A stretch of DNA of 60,249 nucleotides, filler included, from Callorhinchus milii (lineage: Eukaryota): assembly GCF_018977255.1 (NCBI RefSeq). It is 2 parts of 2 records of this genome, joined end to end, with 100 filler letters (N's around TTAATTAATTAA, not from the genome) between each part and the next. Parts side by side here need not be neighbours in the genome. Positions count along the whole stretch, not along the records: positions 1 to 30,143 come from NW_024705635.1; 1 more part is not named here. One strand, given 5' to 3'. The translations under genes were made by a program, and so were the position numbers. The notes under the pieces were generated by a model. It searched no databases and had not been told where the DNA came from. It saw nothing but the letters and a program-made list of their open reading frames with translations. Shown one piece after another: positions 11,996 to 25,600 of the stretch; positions within the stretch are counted from its first letter, which is position 1; each line of letters starts with the position of its first letter.

Positions 11996-13624
11996 TTAGT
12001 CTAATAATAACACGAAGCAAAACAATTAAGAAAGCAACAAACTCACCCGTTTTCAGCGGGAGTCCATTTCAACTATTTAAATAATAATCAACATATCAAA
12101 AATAGTCACGGCCAGAATTGCGAATCCATGGAAATGACCCATTGAGACCGGCATGACCCATTTGGGCCAAAACGCCCATTCTTTGAAAGTTTATGATGTC
12201 ATAAAGGGGTAATTCAAGTGCAGTCACCTGAACCAGCGCACACGATTTCCAGGCGAACTGTAGCTGCAGAAGCACTACACAGTCTGAGAGAAACACGTTG
12301 TACAGTATATTGGTGTTAAACTCGGTCGTGAAAATTCTCACGCCATCGGTGAGTTGATTCGATATTTTGGCCAGCTGGCCAGAATTAGACAAAACTCCTA
12401 TATGAGTCTCTATGTATCGCTGAGTCTCTTATGTCATCATTTCTATGAGTCTCTTTGTTTATATCTCCATGCATCTCACTGAGTCTTTATGTACCTCTAT
12501 GAGTCTCTATGTTCGTTAGCTTTTTCCATTTCTTGCGCCGGCTGGCCACGATTGGGCAATACCTAGCCCACTTTCCACCTGGGCAACTGGCGATCAGTAA
12601 ATACTTAATGTTTCTCACTGAACATTAAAATTAACAATAATTTTTTTTTAAAATCACAGTTAAGAGACAAACAACATTACATATACACTATTAAAAAGTA
12701 GAATGAAAACAACATGATTGGTCAAATGTTTGATAATTTCATTGGCCACGTGTCAATATAATTTTTGCAAACGTGGCAATCTTGCGAGGTAGTGGAGATG
12801 TTGGATGAGGCGTGGGCGTTATGAGATCCTCTTGGCTCGCATTGGTGAACTTTTCGAGGAAGATTTTGTTTCGATTTCACGCACCGTGGCCACACTTATG
12901 CCAGTTAAAAGCTGACCAAATACATCCAGGCCACGTGTTTAGTGAAGTGCAGGTCAGGTTCAGAGTCCAACTCAGGTGTAAAGTCCACGGCATCATTTAT
13001 CTACCGCTAACAACTTGCAGGGGTACAAACTTCTGGAAAAACTTACCTATACATATCAATAGTACACCTACGAATAATAAATTGAAGACTGAATTGAAGA
13101 TGTAATTTTCAGATTAATAACTCAAATGATGTGGCCAAAAAACAGTTGTCTCAAATAGTTGTTGCTTGTTAATTTACTTTGTTGTTGCACACTTTATACA
13201 CGATTGTGTTGAACATCATATGCCTTAGCTTATCATTTCCTTACTCGGCAAACATTTCAACTACCTGTTTATTCTGCTACCTCGAGATGTATTTCATGGG
13301 AGGTGCAGTGTTAGAGACATAGAGAAGCATGCAAAGTACTACACACACAGATACAGCCTGGATACACCAAGAACCATGTACAATACCACACACAGACACA
13401 CACTGGAGACACACAGAAGCATGTACAGTACCACACACAGACACACACTGACTGGAGACATAAAAAAGCATGTACAGTTCTATACACAGAAACACTGACT
13501 GGGGTCACACAAGTATATACTATGCAGTACTACTCACAGACACACACACACAGATTGGAGACATAGAGAAGCATACACATTACTACACACAGACTAACAG
13601 ACTAAAGACACGCAGACACACATA

Positions 13625-13935
13625 CAACACAAAGACAAAGATCCCCCATATAGCCTTAACAGATTGTAGGGGTAAGTGCTGTTAGCACCTATGAAGGCCG
13701 GAACGTCACACGAGGGGTGGGTGGCCAGCACCACCCCGGCCGCCTTTGTCTCCCAGTGGCGATGTTTATGACACACTGCACCAAGTACACATTTGAGGCT
13801 GAGTTGACCTAGGGGATGAGGCCCAGGACTGATTCAGATAATCGTCAACAATGGTGGTGGTGGACGTGAGTGGGAATCGAACTCGGGACTCTGATGGGTT
13901 CGTAGTGCAGCGCTAACGGGACAGACACTGCGCCC
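13625..13935 (-). mobile_element. tRNA-derived SINE family 2
   Basis: Collinear with 56570-56870. B box GAGTTCGATTCCC on the minus strand. Confidence 0.75.
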
Positions 13936-14249
13936 TAAGCTGTCGAAGAATGAGTTTATCTCTCTTTACTCATCTCACAAAAGAGCCATCCCAGCTGAGT
14001 CCTTTATATTGACAACAAAGCTCTATGATTTAGATCTAGGGAGGTGTGTACAGTAGTCGTGGTCACCTTTAGGCTGCTATTTGCGCACCTAGGGGCACGG
14101 GTTCACATTCCAGGGAGTGTCTCGTGGTGTCAATGACGACAATAAAAATAATTTTAGAATTTTATTCTCCACCGTCGCTATAAGAGAGAGGTCCTGGTCC
14201 AGCGTCTCTCTGAGCCACACAGCGAGCGATCCCAGCGAAGCCATGGGTC

Positions 14250-14807
14250 ATGGCGAGCGCGACTCCCAGTGAGAGTGTGGACAGTGAGCTGCGCTGCGCC
14301 ATCTGCCTGGGCACGTTCGTCTGCCCGTCCACGCTGAGCTGCGGTCACTCGTTCTGCCTGCGGTGCCTGGAGGCCGCCTGGGAGACGGCGAGCAGCTTCA
14401 GCTGCCCGCAGTGCCGAGCGACCTTCCCTGTGCGACCCCAGCTGAGGAGGAACGTTGCCCTCGCCAACCTGGTGGAGCGACTCAGAGTTGGAGACGTGAT
14501 GGCCACGGCCATCGTGTGTGACATCTGCGGTGATGGCCACACTCCTGCAGTGAAGACCTGCCTGAGATGCGAGATGTCCTTCTGTGAAATGCACTTGAGG
14601 CCTCACCTGGAGAATCCCAGGTTGAGAGACCACGCTGTGGTGGATCCTACGGCGAGCTTGGATGAGCGAAGATGCCCTGAACACAGTGAGGAGCTGAAAT
14701 TCTACTGCACAGTAGACAGCAGCCTGGTCTGCTCAACTTGCACCATCGCAGGAGAACACAAAGGACATGATGTCACCACGATGAAGAAGGAGCACGAGAC
14801 ACGGAAG
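14250..14807 (+). CDS. TRIM protein first coding exon: RING + B-box1 + B-box2 (finTRIM/TRIM16/TRIM25-like architecture)
   Basis: CAICLG..CGHSFCLRC..CPQCR (C3HC4 RING), CDIC..AVKTCLRCEMSFCEMH..H (B1), CPEH..FYC..VCSTC..H.GH (B2). Phase-0 donor AAG|GTGAGG at 14807. Confidence 0.95.
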
Positions 14808-15032
14808 GTGAGGCCGTCACAGTGAGACACCGCAACACGACCTGACTAATTCTGTCACTGGGCTTTACAACATCTGATGCAAAAAACGTAATTGTGTAGT
14901 CATGCTCTCTCTCATGAATCTCTGTCTCTGCTTGTACAGCTCATCTCCTGCTTGGTGTTTTAGTATACAGCCTCAGGATGTATTGCATGCCAGGCTCTCA
15001 CTAAACATAATTCCCGTGTAAAGGAATTAAGT

Positions 15033-15454
15033 TGTAATGCTAGCATATGCGAGGTTTCGCCGCTCAGCTCTGGGCCAATCAGACGGCCCGGAGTATCGGG
15101 GGTGGGGCCTAGCAATGTGGGCATATGGGAAGGTGGAGACAGGATGATGTGGAGAGCAGAATATATGGGGGATCCGGAAGAGGCTCGTGGTCAGTTGGCG
15201 TGGTCAAGAAGCGGGACCACGTTGGGTTTTTGGAGGTCTCCGGTCGCCATCAACCACGTGGCTGGAGACGGCTCCAAGCACACCATCAGCCAACGGTGTG
15301 CGGGAGCAGGGAAGAGAGCGACGAACGGGAAGGGCGCGCGGCGTGTAAAAGGATCAGCTGGTCCACTGTCATGACCAGTGGAGTGTGAGCGGACATAACC
15401 AAGAATAAGGAGAGACGGAGATCAAGTTGTGTGTCGTCAACGTCTTTTATTACA
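15033..15454 (+). repeat. 5' LTR
   Basis: TG...CA termini with 6-bp inverted ends. Direct repeat of 19193-19465. CCAAT, GC-like box and TATA-like motifs inside. Confidence 0.85.
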
Positions 15455-18400
15455 CTGGCGTCAGAAGTGGACTTTTTCAAGGCAAAGTAACATGAAGGAA
15501 GATGGCCAAGCACTTGAAAAAGCGTAACCCACCTGTTGCGTCTTCCGACGACGAAGAGGCGGCAACCCAGAACCGGCTGACCCCGGGCTTCATGGTCCCT
15601 GTTATTGCGACCACAGCTGGTGTGTCTACCGCACCAGTGGAGGACATCGGGCGCGCTGGAAAGACGGCCGCCAGCACACGTCCTCCAGCGACCACGTGGC
15701 AGGCCGCCGCCATCTTGAACATCGCGTCGGAGGAGCGGCCGGGCGCGGCCATTTCGGAGGCGCCACGTGGTGTGCATCCTGCTGCTGATGCAGCTGTTGT
15801 GCAGGAAGGAGCCGCAAGGAGAGAACGCCAATGCTGCTTCACCATCTTCAAAGAGAGAGCGCGGGAGCCGCCGGGGAAGCTGCCATTGCTGCTGCTGCCT
15901 GAGTGGGAGCACCCCTGCCCTGGATCATGTGCGAGACACAGGAGCAGTTCGCAAGAGGACGCTGCGCTCATCGTTCGAGTTCTTCGAGGCGTCTCAAGTC
16001 ACCACCCTGCCGTCCTCTGCTCGCCGCAGCCCCCCGGGCGAGTCGTGACGATACGCACCCGGCCCTAACACACACCTCACCCATCTTGCGTGCGCCGGGT
16101 TGCGATTGCGTTGTTTATGGCTCGAGGTTGCGGAGCGTGGTTCGGGCTGTGTGTGTGTGTTGAGGATGGACGCGCTGTCTGCAGGTGTTTGCACTGTGTC
16201 AAAAAGTGTTTATGCGTTGCGGCGTTGGGATGTTATCTTGATGGGGAAGTTAATTATGAATTTGGTTGCGGCGAGTGTTCCGAGCCCCGTTACCATCCCG
16301 TGGGTTGCCGTGTGCGACGTGTTTTTAGTTTTTTTTTTTGCGATGTGTGACATGGTTAACGGTATGTTGTCTGCCTGCAGCTCTGCTCGCGATTGTTCAC
16401 AATGTACCAACTGTATGGAACTTTGCTGCTTGTGATTGCGATATGCTGACTGCACGTACTGTATAGTCTTTCTGTACGGATACGGATTGCGGTGCATCGT
16501 TCTGACCATTAGGTTTCGGGATTGTTATTAGTTGTGCGTACCTGTTCGGCAATTGGTCAATTCATTGGGGGATCCTGATTTTTGGTTGTATGCGTGTTCA
16601 TGTGGAATTGTGATTGTGAGGGTTGAGGGTGTTGATTGGTGGCTCTGCCGTCAAGGGTGCGTGGGGCTGTAAATTGCCGCCAAGTGGCATCGCTCTTTCC
16701 GCTTGATTGCATGCAGCCAGGGGTTGCATTGCGAGTTAGTGTGTATGAGCAATGTGTCTTGGTTAAAGAATGGGTTAAAAATTCCCCTGATACAACTGCT
16801 GTGCGCAGCGAGCTGCGGCGATGCATCGTATCGTTGGGGGTTGTTAATACGTGACAGGGGATGTGTGTTGTGACCCCCTGCAAGAGGCAGCTGGAGTGCA
16901 CGCACGGGAAAACTGCGGAAATGGTCGCACGTTGGGCCGCCATTTTGGCTAGCGCGGGAAATCGCAGAGATGCGCTTGGCGCATGGGGCCGCCATTTGGG
17001 CGCGCGCGGGAAACCACGGTGGGGCGCTTCGCGTGTGCTGCCGCCATTTTGAGCATGCGCGGGAAACCGCGGTGGGGCGCTTTGCGTGTGTCACCGCCAT
17101 TTTGGGTGTACACGTCAAGCCGCGGAGATGCGGTTATGGAATTCAGCCCCTGACTCTCGTGTTGTGCTCTAAATTGTGTGTGTGCATTGCGTGTTGTGCG
17201 CAATGCTGGCGTGTTGACGCCCATTGGGGTAATGGGAGCATAGTGGCCCATGTCAGATTAAGGGGGGGGGGCGTGTTATTGCACCAGCATTTTGGGACAG
17301 TGATGCTGGCTGTGGCCTATTCTGGGGCACAGATTTCACCAGTATACTCCTGTCATTGTTGAGTGGGTGACGCACGAGTTGTGGTCCAGTCGTGCTATGG
17401 CCGATGGCTGACCTGACAGCCCGGAGGCAAGACACTCCGTGGTGTGTCTCAAACTAATGGGCTGTGTGCGCATATGGCTCGGGGAGTCGGGGTCCCGTCG
17501 TGTGGTGGCAGACGGTTTAACCTGGTGGGCCAGAGGCTCATGGAATTCAGGAGTAGGGGTTCCGTTAAGTTGCAGCGAATGGTGAGACCTGGCTAGCATG
17601 AGGCAGGGATTCCCCTTGCGTGTCTGCCAGTGGGAAGGGCCGCGGATTTGTTCCACTCTGGTTTATAACGGTATTGAATGTATAGGGGAACTAGTCCTGC
17701 AGATCCTATTCGGGGATATGGATATTGTGGGGGTTCAAGCGAATGGTATATTGCTTAGGTTAGCGGAATGCGACAGGTCCGGGTTGATTGCTAGGACGGG
17801 AGTGAGGACACATGCTGGACAGCAGGTTCAGCCTATTGGTGATAGTAAGCCTAAGTTGTTCGGAATGCATGTTGTGGAGTGCGACTCCATATCGTCAAGA
17901 TATTGGCTATGGAAAATTGCCCCGTGGGGGTTGATGGGGTCCGGCCTTAGGAAAGGATGAACCTTCCCTTGTCTGTAAAGTGTCAGACTGTGAGATGCTG
18001 GGGTGTGTCCATTGATGAAGGGATAGTACGGGATAGAGCATGGCTGAGTCGTTTCGATGTGCCATTGTCTCGTCCCCGAAATTGCACTGGCCGAGTGAAT
18101 GGCCAGTGGAGGTTGCTGAGGTTGGACAACCGCAGTGCGGGCAAAGGCAAGTTAAATGTTGCCGCTGGGGAGTGTTGCTCTCTCCACGTGAGGGTGTGCG
18201 GCCGGGGGCTGTGTTGAGAGTGCTAGTGGGTAGATGCTGTGTACGTGAGATGTCTGTGGTGGTCCTCAAGGGAGGACTGCTGATGGGCAAGAGCAGGAAT
18301 TTTTTTTTGTCACGTGTAAATTATATCTTTTTTATTTAAAATATAGATACTGGGGCATCCCCCAGGTGCGACTTCTTGCCGGGTACATGGGTCGACCTGA

Positions 18401-19192
18401 AGTGCGACTTCTCGGCCCGGGACGTAGAAGGTCGTCTGGCATGTTAAGTGGTACTGTATGTGTCTATGGGTGTTGGTCTGTCGGTCTTCGCCCTATTGCC
18501 ACCCGCGGGGTGGTACGGTAGTAAGGCGGTGTGATACCCTGCCATCTATTCCGTGTCAGTGTGTGACTTCAGTTCACTTCGGGGTGTTGGTTGTGCATCC
18601 AACGCGTCGATTTCTGTGTATTTTATTTATTTTTCTCCTTCCGCCGGGTAGATTATGATCATCTCCACTACCCTGGGGCCGGGTGGCTGTCGTGTACGAC
18701 ATACTGAGGTGCGTTTCGTGGTGCCGTGCCTCAGGAGGTTGGGTTCTCCTTCTCATCACAGATTTTCGGCGCCTGCCACACTGGGTGTCACCGGTTGTGC
18801 TGACCGGATGTGGACTTGAAGGGGGAGTGGAGCGCCTGTCCGTCACTCCTGCTCTACCAGTTGCTCTCTGAAGTTGGACTTGAGCCAGGCGGATGGACCA
18901 GCAACACGGACACGCTCTAAGACATCGCATTCCTGATTTATGCGCGTCTGCCATTCTTGCGTGTCGGTTACCGTTGTCGTTCATTGCCTTCCATTCCTTA
19001 ATTCTTTCTTGCTTGTTGCACGAAGGACGGCCGGTGTTCCGTACCGGATCCTAGTCCCTTCCCTTTCGTTGATTGTTATTGTTGTAATGTCCCTGTTACG
19101 CCTGTTCGTTGCGGTATTTCTGTCGCTCACATTATGTCTGGTCCTGATTCAGCCGGGATGGCTAGTCTTTTACACCGGGAGGGGGGGGGTGA

Positions 19193-19608
19193 TGTAATGC
19201 GAGCAAATGCGAGGTTTTGCCGCTCAGCTCTGGGCCAATCAGACGGCCCAGAGTATCGGGGGCGGGGCCTAATAATGTGGGCGTATGGGAAGGTGGAGAC
19301 AGGATGACGTGGAGAGGAGAATATAAGGGGAATCCGGAAGAGGCTCATGGTCAGTTGGCATGGTCAAGAAGCGGGACCACGTTGGGTTGTTGGAAGTCTC
19401 CGGGCGCCATCAGCCACGTGGCTGGAGACGGCTCCAAGCACAGCCAACGGTGTGTGGGAACAGGGAGGAGGGGTCGGTGTGGAGAGAAGGGGGGTGTGAG
19501 GGGTGGCTTAGGGGGCTGGAGTCTCCCCCTGGTGACGTCTCGTCTCTCACTACAGACGCGCGTAGGGAAGGAGACGCGAGCGGTGGAGGAGAAGAGAAAG
19601 AAGGCGGA
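19193..19608 (+). repeat. 3' LTR (diverges after ~19465, truncated by gap)
   Basis: Starts TGTAATGC right after the polypurine tract and matches 15033-15310. Confidence 0.85.
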
Positions 19609-19638
19609 NNNNNNNNNNNNNNNNNNNNNNNNNNNNNN

Positions 19639-22600
19639 CTTAACGTCTTGCGGTCTATTCTCCTGCGGCTGTTTCTGAGATGAGAACACGCGATACTCAG
19701 GGGATAAATCTGAGGTTCGGGCATCTCGCTACTCAATCCCTGTATCCAGCACACATCTAAGAACTATTACCGAGCGACTGCCTCAAGATGCTCTTTCTCG
19801 CAACGAGCAAACAGATGCATATTGATATCCGTGCGGGCAATGACCTTAACGAATACGTTCTCTACTGTTGGAACCTCTGTACCTTGGTTCTACAGGATTC
19901 GGTGTATAATACTTGTCCTGAGACCCTACGAAGGGAATCCGTATGACCATTACGCTGAAAAGTTTGACAGTAATGGCGATGCTATGAGTGCCAATAAAGT
20001 ACCTCGAGCACACGCTCCACCGTGAAGCTATAAGCGTCTCGCCCTTGTTCTATGGACCTGGGAAACGGGGGGCACCCGACTTCTAATTCCTAGGACGGTC
20101 CATGGCCCCTTCTTGCGCCAGAAAAGATTAAGAACGTGCTCGCTTAACCGTCTGAGGGCCTCTACGGGCGCTACCTTACATTTCGGTACGGCCAGGTTCC
20201 GTCCGGGACGCCGTAGACACGGTGGGGTTACGAAAGTCTGTTACGTTCCTGGCAACTACCTGATATCGTCATCCAAAAGCCGCTAATCTACGCGAGTTGG
20301 GACGATTCCGGTGAACTTACTTGAGAGCAAATACTTCTATGGCGATAGGTCGCACTGCTGAATTTGCAGCAATAAGTAGAACTCTGTCCTGGCTTGATGG
20401 CACTATAACCATGATGATGACCGAAGATGCACTATCCTGAAACGGTCAATCTGGCTGGTCGACTGGTACGAAATGGAACCGGACTGTGTCAAAGGCCTAC
20501 GGAGACCAAAGGTCCTACTAAGCTTTGATAGCAGCAAGCGAGCACGACCCTGACAATCTCTATAAGTGCGACCTTCTTCCCGCCGTCCAATTAACGGGAA
20601 ATCGCGAGTGCTCCTAGCATCCAATGGAGGTATCATTGCACCTTTTATCTTCGTGTATCGATCCATTTAGCTTGTGTCATGCCTTCGAGACAGACCGAAG
20701 CTTCCGCACAAAGGACCTCTCTGCCTTATTGGTATTGGAGCAAGAGCATTGTCGGGAGCGTAATGCACCATACGCAGGACTACCACTTAACATCGATGGA
20801 TACAATGGTGGCGAGCTGGATATGGGCGACTTGCACTACTTTCGCCCTCTACTCAATAAGTAGGATATCCTACTAACTCCCTACTTCAACCTATAAGGGA
20901 CGGCCGGTGAAACAATCTTTAGAACACAGCAGGCGATCTGAGACGGGGGATTTTACGGTGCATCTGTTTGAACCCGTTGGACGAGTTCAACTAAGTCCGT
21001 TTGCGAATGACCCGACCGATGGTGACCTGCCAGTACCAACATTTTGACCAAAATATAACACCCAGCTGCTGGGCTTCCAGGTTTAGCCTGCGTCATGTCT
21101 TCAGGCTCTCGAGGTCGACATGAGCGATCTGTATATTACTATCAGGTGAGTTATGAGTTGGCTCGGCCGAAGCGCATCTTAATCGGCCGAATTCACAACC
21201 CTCTAGTTAAGCGCCACATAATAAGACCAATTACGTCTATAAGCGTGACATGGACTCAGTAGTTCCCGCTCATTCCATTCATTTATATTTAATTTGCTAC
21301 CTCACATGGCTGACTGATTGGTAGTCGAAATCCTTTATTATATCCTTTGAACAGGGATCCTTACTAGCTCAAGTTGATGACTGGCTGACTCTCGGAAGAA
21401 TGATCCGCGAACAGCATAGACGAATAGATAGTTTGCAGCGCGTGGAGAGCCTCACTAACGGTGAACCTATGAAAAGTCGTGTCCGTGCCTACTCAGAGAA
21501 GACTAGCGAGTTATCACGATACAAACAAGCCACTTATTCCTTTGCGTAGGCCCCTCACGTCTCTTCGAGCCCGGGATCGTCACCCATGTCACTGCCGGAT
21601 AACTCAGGAATACAGGGGCATCTCCATCTTAATGTTTGTTCAGGAACCAGGCCAGAGTACGTAATAGCCTCCAATTTTGCGTCGAACGGTGGCGCCTTCT
21701 CCATGACATCAGTTGTCACACTGTTGTCTGTAATCCCTAGAGAGGCCGAAAATGGGGTGATCTAGAGGTCTGATACAATGATCTGCTAGTGAGCCTACAT
21801 GATAGATCTGGCTATTTCAGCTGACAACTTTGAAGCGAGCTGTGTCAATTGGGCACACGTTACGGGTGCGCCGTGTCTTCCAAAACGATGCCCGACTCAG
21901 GTGTACGCAGTCCGTTTCTGCCGCCGAGGGAGTAACAAGGAAGCAGCTTTCCATGCCTATCTGTCAGAGACCTCCACCGAGTAATACCCTAGTCATAACC
22001 AAAATAGCGTGTTCCTAAAGCACAGGAAAAAGGTATGGGAAGCGCCACTTGGATAGATATAGGGAGTAACGGCCCTTATGCAACTCATCGTCATGGTTCC
22101 GAAAGGATCCTCGAATCAGACACTCCCAAGTGTGTTAACGACGGTTTTCTAACTCGGTACGATAATGATTGGGGCCTGAAAGGCCCCTATTTCTCCGTGT
22201 AAAGAACGCCGTGCCTATGCTGCGAAGTGTGGTAGTCTCCCGGACTACCAACGAAGAGCCGTGGTATCTCAGTTTGCATGGCATCGCGTGATAGACTGTT
22301 TTCTACGCTCAACCTTCCTTGAACGAACCGGGAAAGTTCACACTTATTTTGGAAACACCCCCAATGATGCATTCGCGAAATAGCGGTACCCAGCACTACT
22401 TTCTACGTTACTAACGAGCCAATAAGGCGCAAGCGATCCCGCTGTTGCTGTCTTTAGATCCCACATATTACATTGCTTAGGCCATCATCCGTACGATAGT
22501 TCAAGATTTTTATTTGGACGGGAGCGTAAACTCTTAGGCTGTCCAGCAAGAAGACTCAGAGACCCTTCCGCTGATCACGCCTCAGACTTGAAGTTACTTA

Positions 22601-25600
22601 CGACGTGCGCATCCGAACGCTTTTGGCGGAGAGGATTTGAAGCCGGTACGTAAAATATACTCGTCCTGACCATTTGTCTTGCGGCCATCCAATGACGTCC
22701 TTCCCTCAGGCTGGGGCTACATTCGAAAAACAAAACACCCAAAGCTTTTATAGCCAGTTCCGTGCATTGTGTAAACCATCCCGGTAGGCTCAAGCAAATA
22801 AACTTATTAAAGACATATCCCGAACGTGATAGGGGCGACCGCTGGGTTTAAAGAAGGTCTATTGTATATACGGGTGTTTTAGAAACGACAGGGAGCGGGA
22901 ATTTTTCTTTCGACGAGGCCGCTCTGAGGGCTTATGCTATGTGCTCACTTGGAGTAAACGACCAAATCACCTTTGTGGGCAAACATTATGGCCGATTGAT
23001 TGCAGAGTCTCGACTTACTAGGAAACCGCGGCAGGGATCTTGACCTTTACAGCGAGTCGGCTAAAATCGCACTTTTGAGTTCTAGAAGTAGGATCCGTCC
23101 GTGGCCCACCAGTGAATTGTCCTTGATATCACAGGGCATACAGCGCTGGCACGTTTTAGTCAGGCAGACGGAACTCATGTAGGGGCGACCCGCATGGACT
23201 GCGGCGTGCGTACTGTCGTATACGACCCACCTGCTTATATGCTGATCTTCGCTTTAATTGCACTAAGGTCATAACACTAGCACTATGAGGAAGCTGCAGG
23301 AGAGTTTTTGACCACGCGAAAGTTAGTATGCTCTAGTCTCATGAGTGCAAAGACTCAGTCGCGATGCACACATTTTCTGTAACGGAAGAAGCGAAGCCAG
23401 TTGGTCATAGCATAAGCATAATTTCTCAACCTCCACCCTCTGGTACCTACCCCATGAATAGGTGAAGCCTCCGGTTAGGTCGGACTGACTTATTCGTTCG
23501 AATAATCGCCGCCCTACCAGGGCACCGTGCAAGAGAACTGCGCAACGGCTACCGGTACGTAGGGAATTCAGACACTACGAGGTCTGTCTATCCAGCTAGG
23601 TAAGGGGCGGGGACTTCCATATCGAACGACGGATACTGGCCGGAAAAGAGGACATCTGGTATTCCCGACTCGATATTCAGACAAAGTATGTGGGCAATTC
23701 ATTACAAGGCAGGAGGCGGTGCAAATGTCATGCCTCAAGGATCTAGCATTCAACTCAAAGGGTGAAGAAAGTGAGCGGAATAGGGTGAATTCGTACGAGA
23801 CACCTCATGGTCGTTGTCTGCGGCCTGTCTGTCACTTTCCAGGTGGAACTGACGCTATCAAGGGGGCCCTACCATTTCCCAAGGGCGTGGTTAACAGCGG
23901 AATTACCCATGGGAGAATCATATTTTAGAAAAAAAACGAGATAATTTTTGCTCAAAGGTACCAGGTGGAGCTAATTTCCTGTGTCTATTCCCAGATGAGA
24001 CGATAGACTAGACAATTTTAGTAGTACTCGTTCGAGGTAAACGTAGCCGCTCCTTACACCCCGTGACTAGGCATGAGGTAACAACACGCCAGGCCTAGTG
24101 AGTCTGTGCATAGCCGTCGGATCAGAGCGCTAAGGTTGGGAACACCATGTCTAAGAGTCGCGTAGTCTCAATGGAAACTTACTAAGTCTTCCCGGTAGAA
24201 CTCCCGTAATGAGTAGTCGGTTATTCAACTAAGGTGAACCGCCTCCCTGTTCCAGTCAAATTGGGCTGGATAGGTTAAAAGTGGTAACAACGAATCGATG
24301 AGACGATTATCTGCCCACAAAAGGCCACATGAGTGGCTGAAACGACACAGTGCTGCGGTCGACCAAGAAAATGGCTCGGCCTCCTCCGTGCGGTGTTCCG
24401 GTGCACCCGTCGATGTAGTTGTTGATACGTAGTATATCACGTCCACTCCACCCACACATCAATTTCTCCCATCAAGAACCCCGCGAAGTGTCCGGCCGTG
24501 GGCATGTTTAACCTGGTGGCGGACCCAAACGCACAACCTGGGTGACTGTAGTCATGCAGGCGTAAAAAATGCATACTTTCACGCATCCTGGGACTTTTGT
24601 CGGACAGTCGCAGATAACAGCCCAAGTGGTCTCTATTACGTCCACTCGCCTACCAGCCGGGCAGGACTGGCTGGAAAACGGTACGGACAACTCAGAACAT
24701 GAGAGTTATGGTTTAAGCCTCCGTGATAGAGAGAACTAGGCGCCCGGGACGTCCTGCCGGCCGCTTATCCGTAACAACATCCCTTTCCGGTGCTGCCTGC
24801 CTTTTCCGAGATCCCCGATTCATCAGTTTGGATCCAACATAAATCTGGACCATAGGGCATGGCTCGGTGCGAGGAGTTCGTCTTCACCGAAGCTTGATTG
24901 TACCCCACCGTCAATATTTTAATTAAAGAGAGTGTACGAGACACTAGCGATGATACATTGAATTCAGACATCTGGTAAACACGGCGAAGAAACCTGCAGA
25001 CCAGTCTGTGCAGGTGTTCTGAGATTTTTTTCGAGGAGTTTGTAAGAACCTATCGTAAAACTAAGCCTCGCAACAATTTTATAGCGAGCATGCGAGGCGA
25101 TTCAGAATAGCTCACAGTGGGATATATTGCATTACTGTCCTACAACACTCTTGACTCCAGTAACGAGCAGAGGATGTGCTTTAAAAATGACGAGGGCCGC
25201 GTAGCTAAAAAACCTAAGTCAAGGCAGGATTCGGAGCGGCATGTAGGGGAAAAACGGCTAGTGCGAGTGCTAGGTCGCAGCTATGGTTAGATCCATTGCC
25301 ATAAAATTGGATCATTGTTAATAACATCCCTCTTGACGAAGTAGAATCCTAATCGTTCGCTAGCTTGCGGCTGCGATTTCGGCTCAGCATGGCATCTGCT
25401 AATTGGGGTAGCTTCCTTTAGGCTATACGCCGTAAGCGCTACATTTCAGAGACAAAGATGAGCGCCCTAGTAGAAGATCCGCCCGTAGTGCCGCAAAGTA
25501 CCTTTCCTTCAGCCCCCTCCGTGGTACGGGAATTAAGGTAACGCTCCGACGACGCACTCCCATATCTCAAATATGCCTGCATTTGTGTGAGGCAGGGTAT

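Larger units (their letters stand above)
15033..19608 (+). mobile_element. Decayed Gypsy-type LTR retrotransposon (putatively Gmr1-like, IN before RT/RNase H) in a TRIM intron
   Basis: 5' LTR TGTAAT...ATTACA (15033-15454), PBS TGGCGTCAGAAGTGG (tRNA-Leu-like) at 15456, polypurine tract GGGAGGGGGGGGG before the 3' LTR starting at 19193. Remnants GTDFTS, QTNGL, WEGP, RPIA and LLITDFRRL. Confidence 0.8.

Noticed and set aside
15502..16068. 188-aa ORF as a host gene
   Set aside because: It starts just after the PBS of the LTR element, so it is at best a decayed gag-like ORF.
20161..20216. Short inverted match TCTACGG..CCGTAGA in the random block
   Set aside because: Isolated and short; expected by chance in 8.5 kb.
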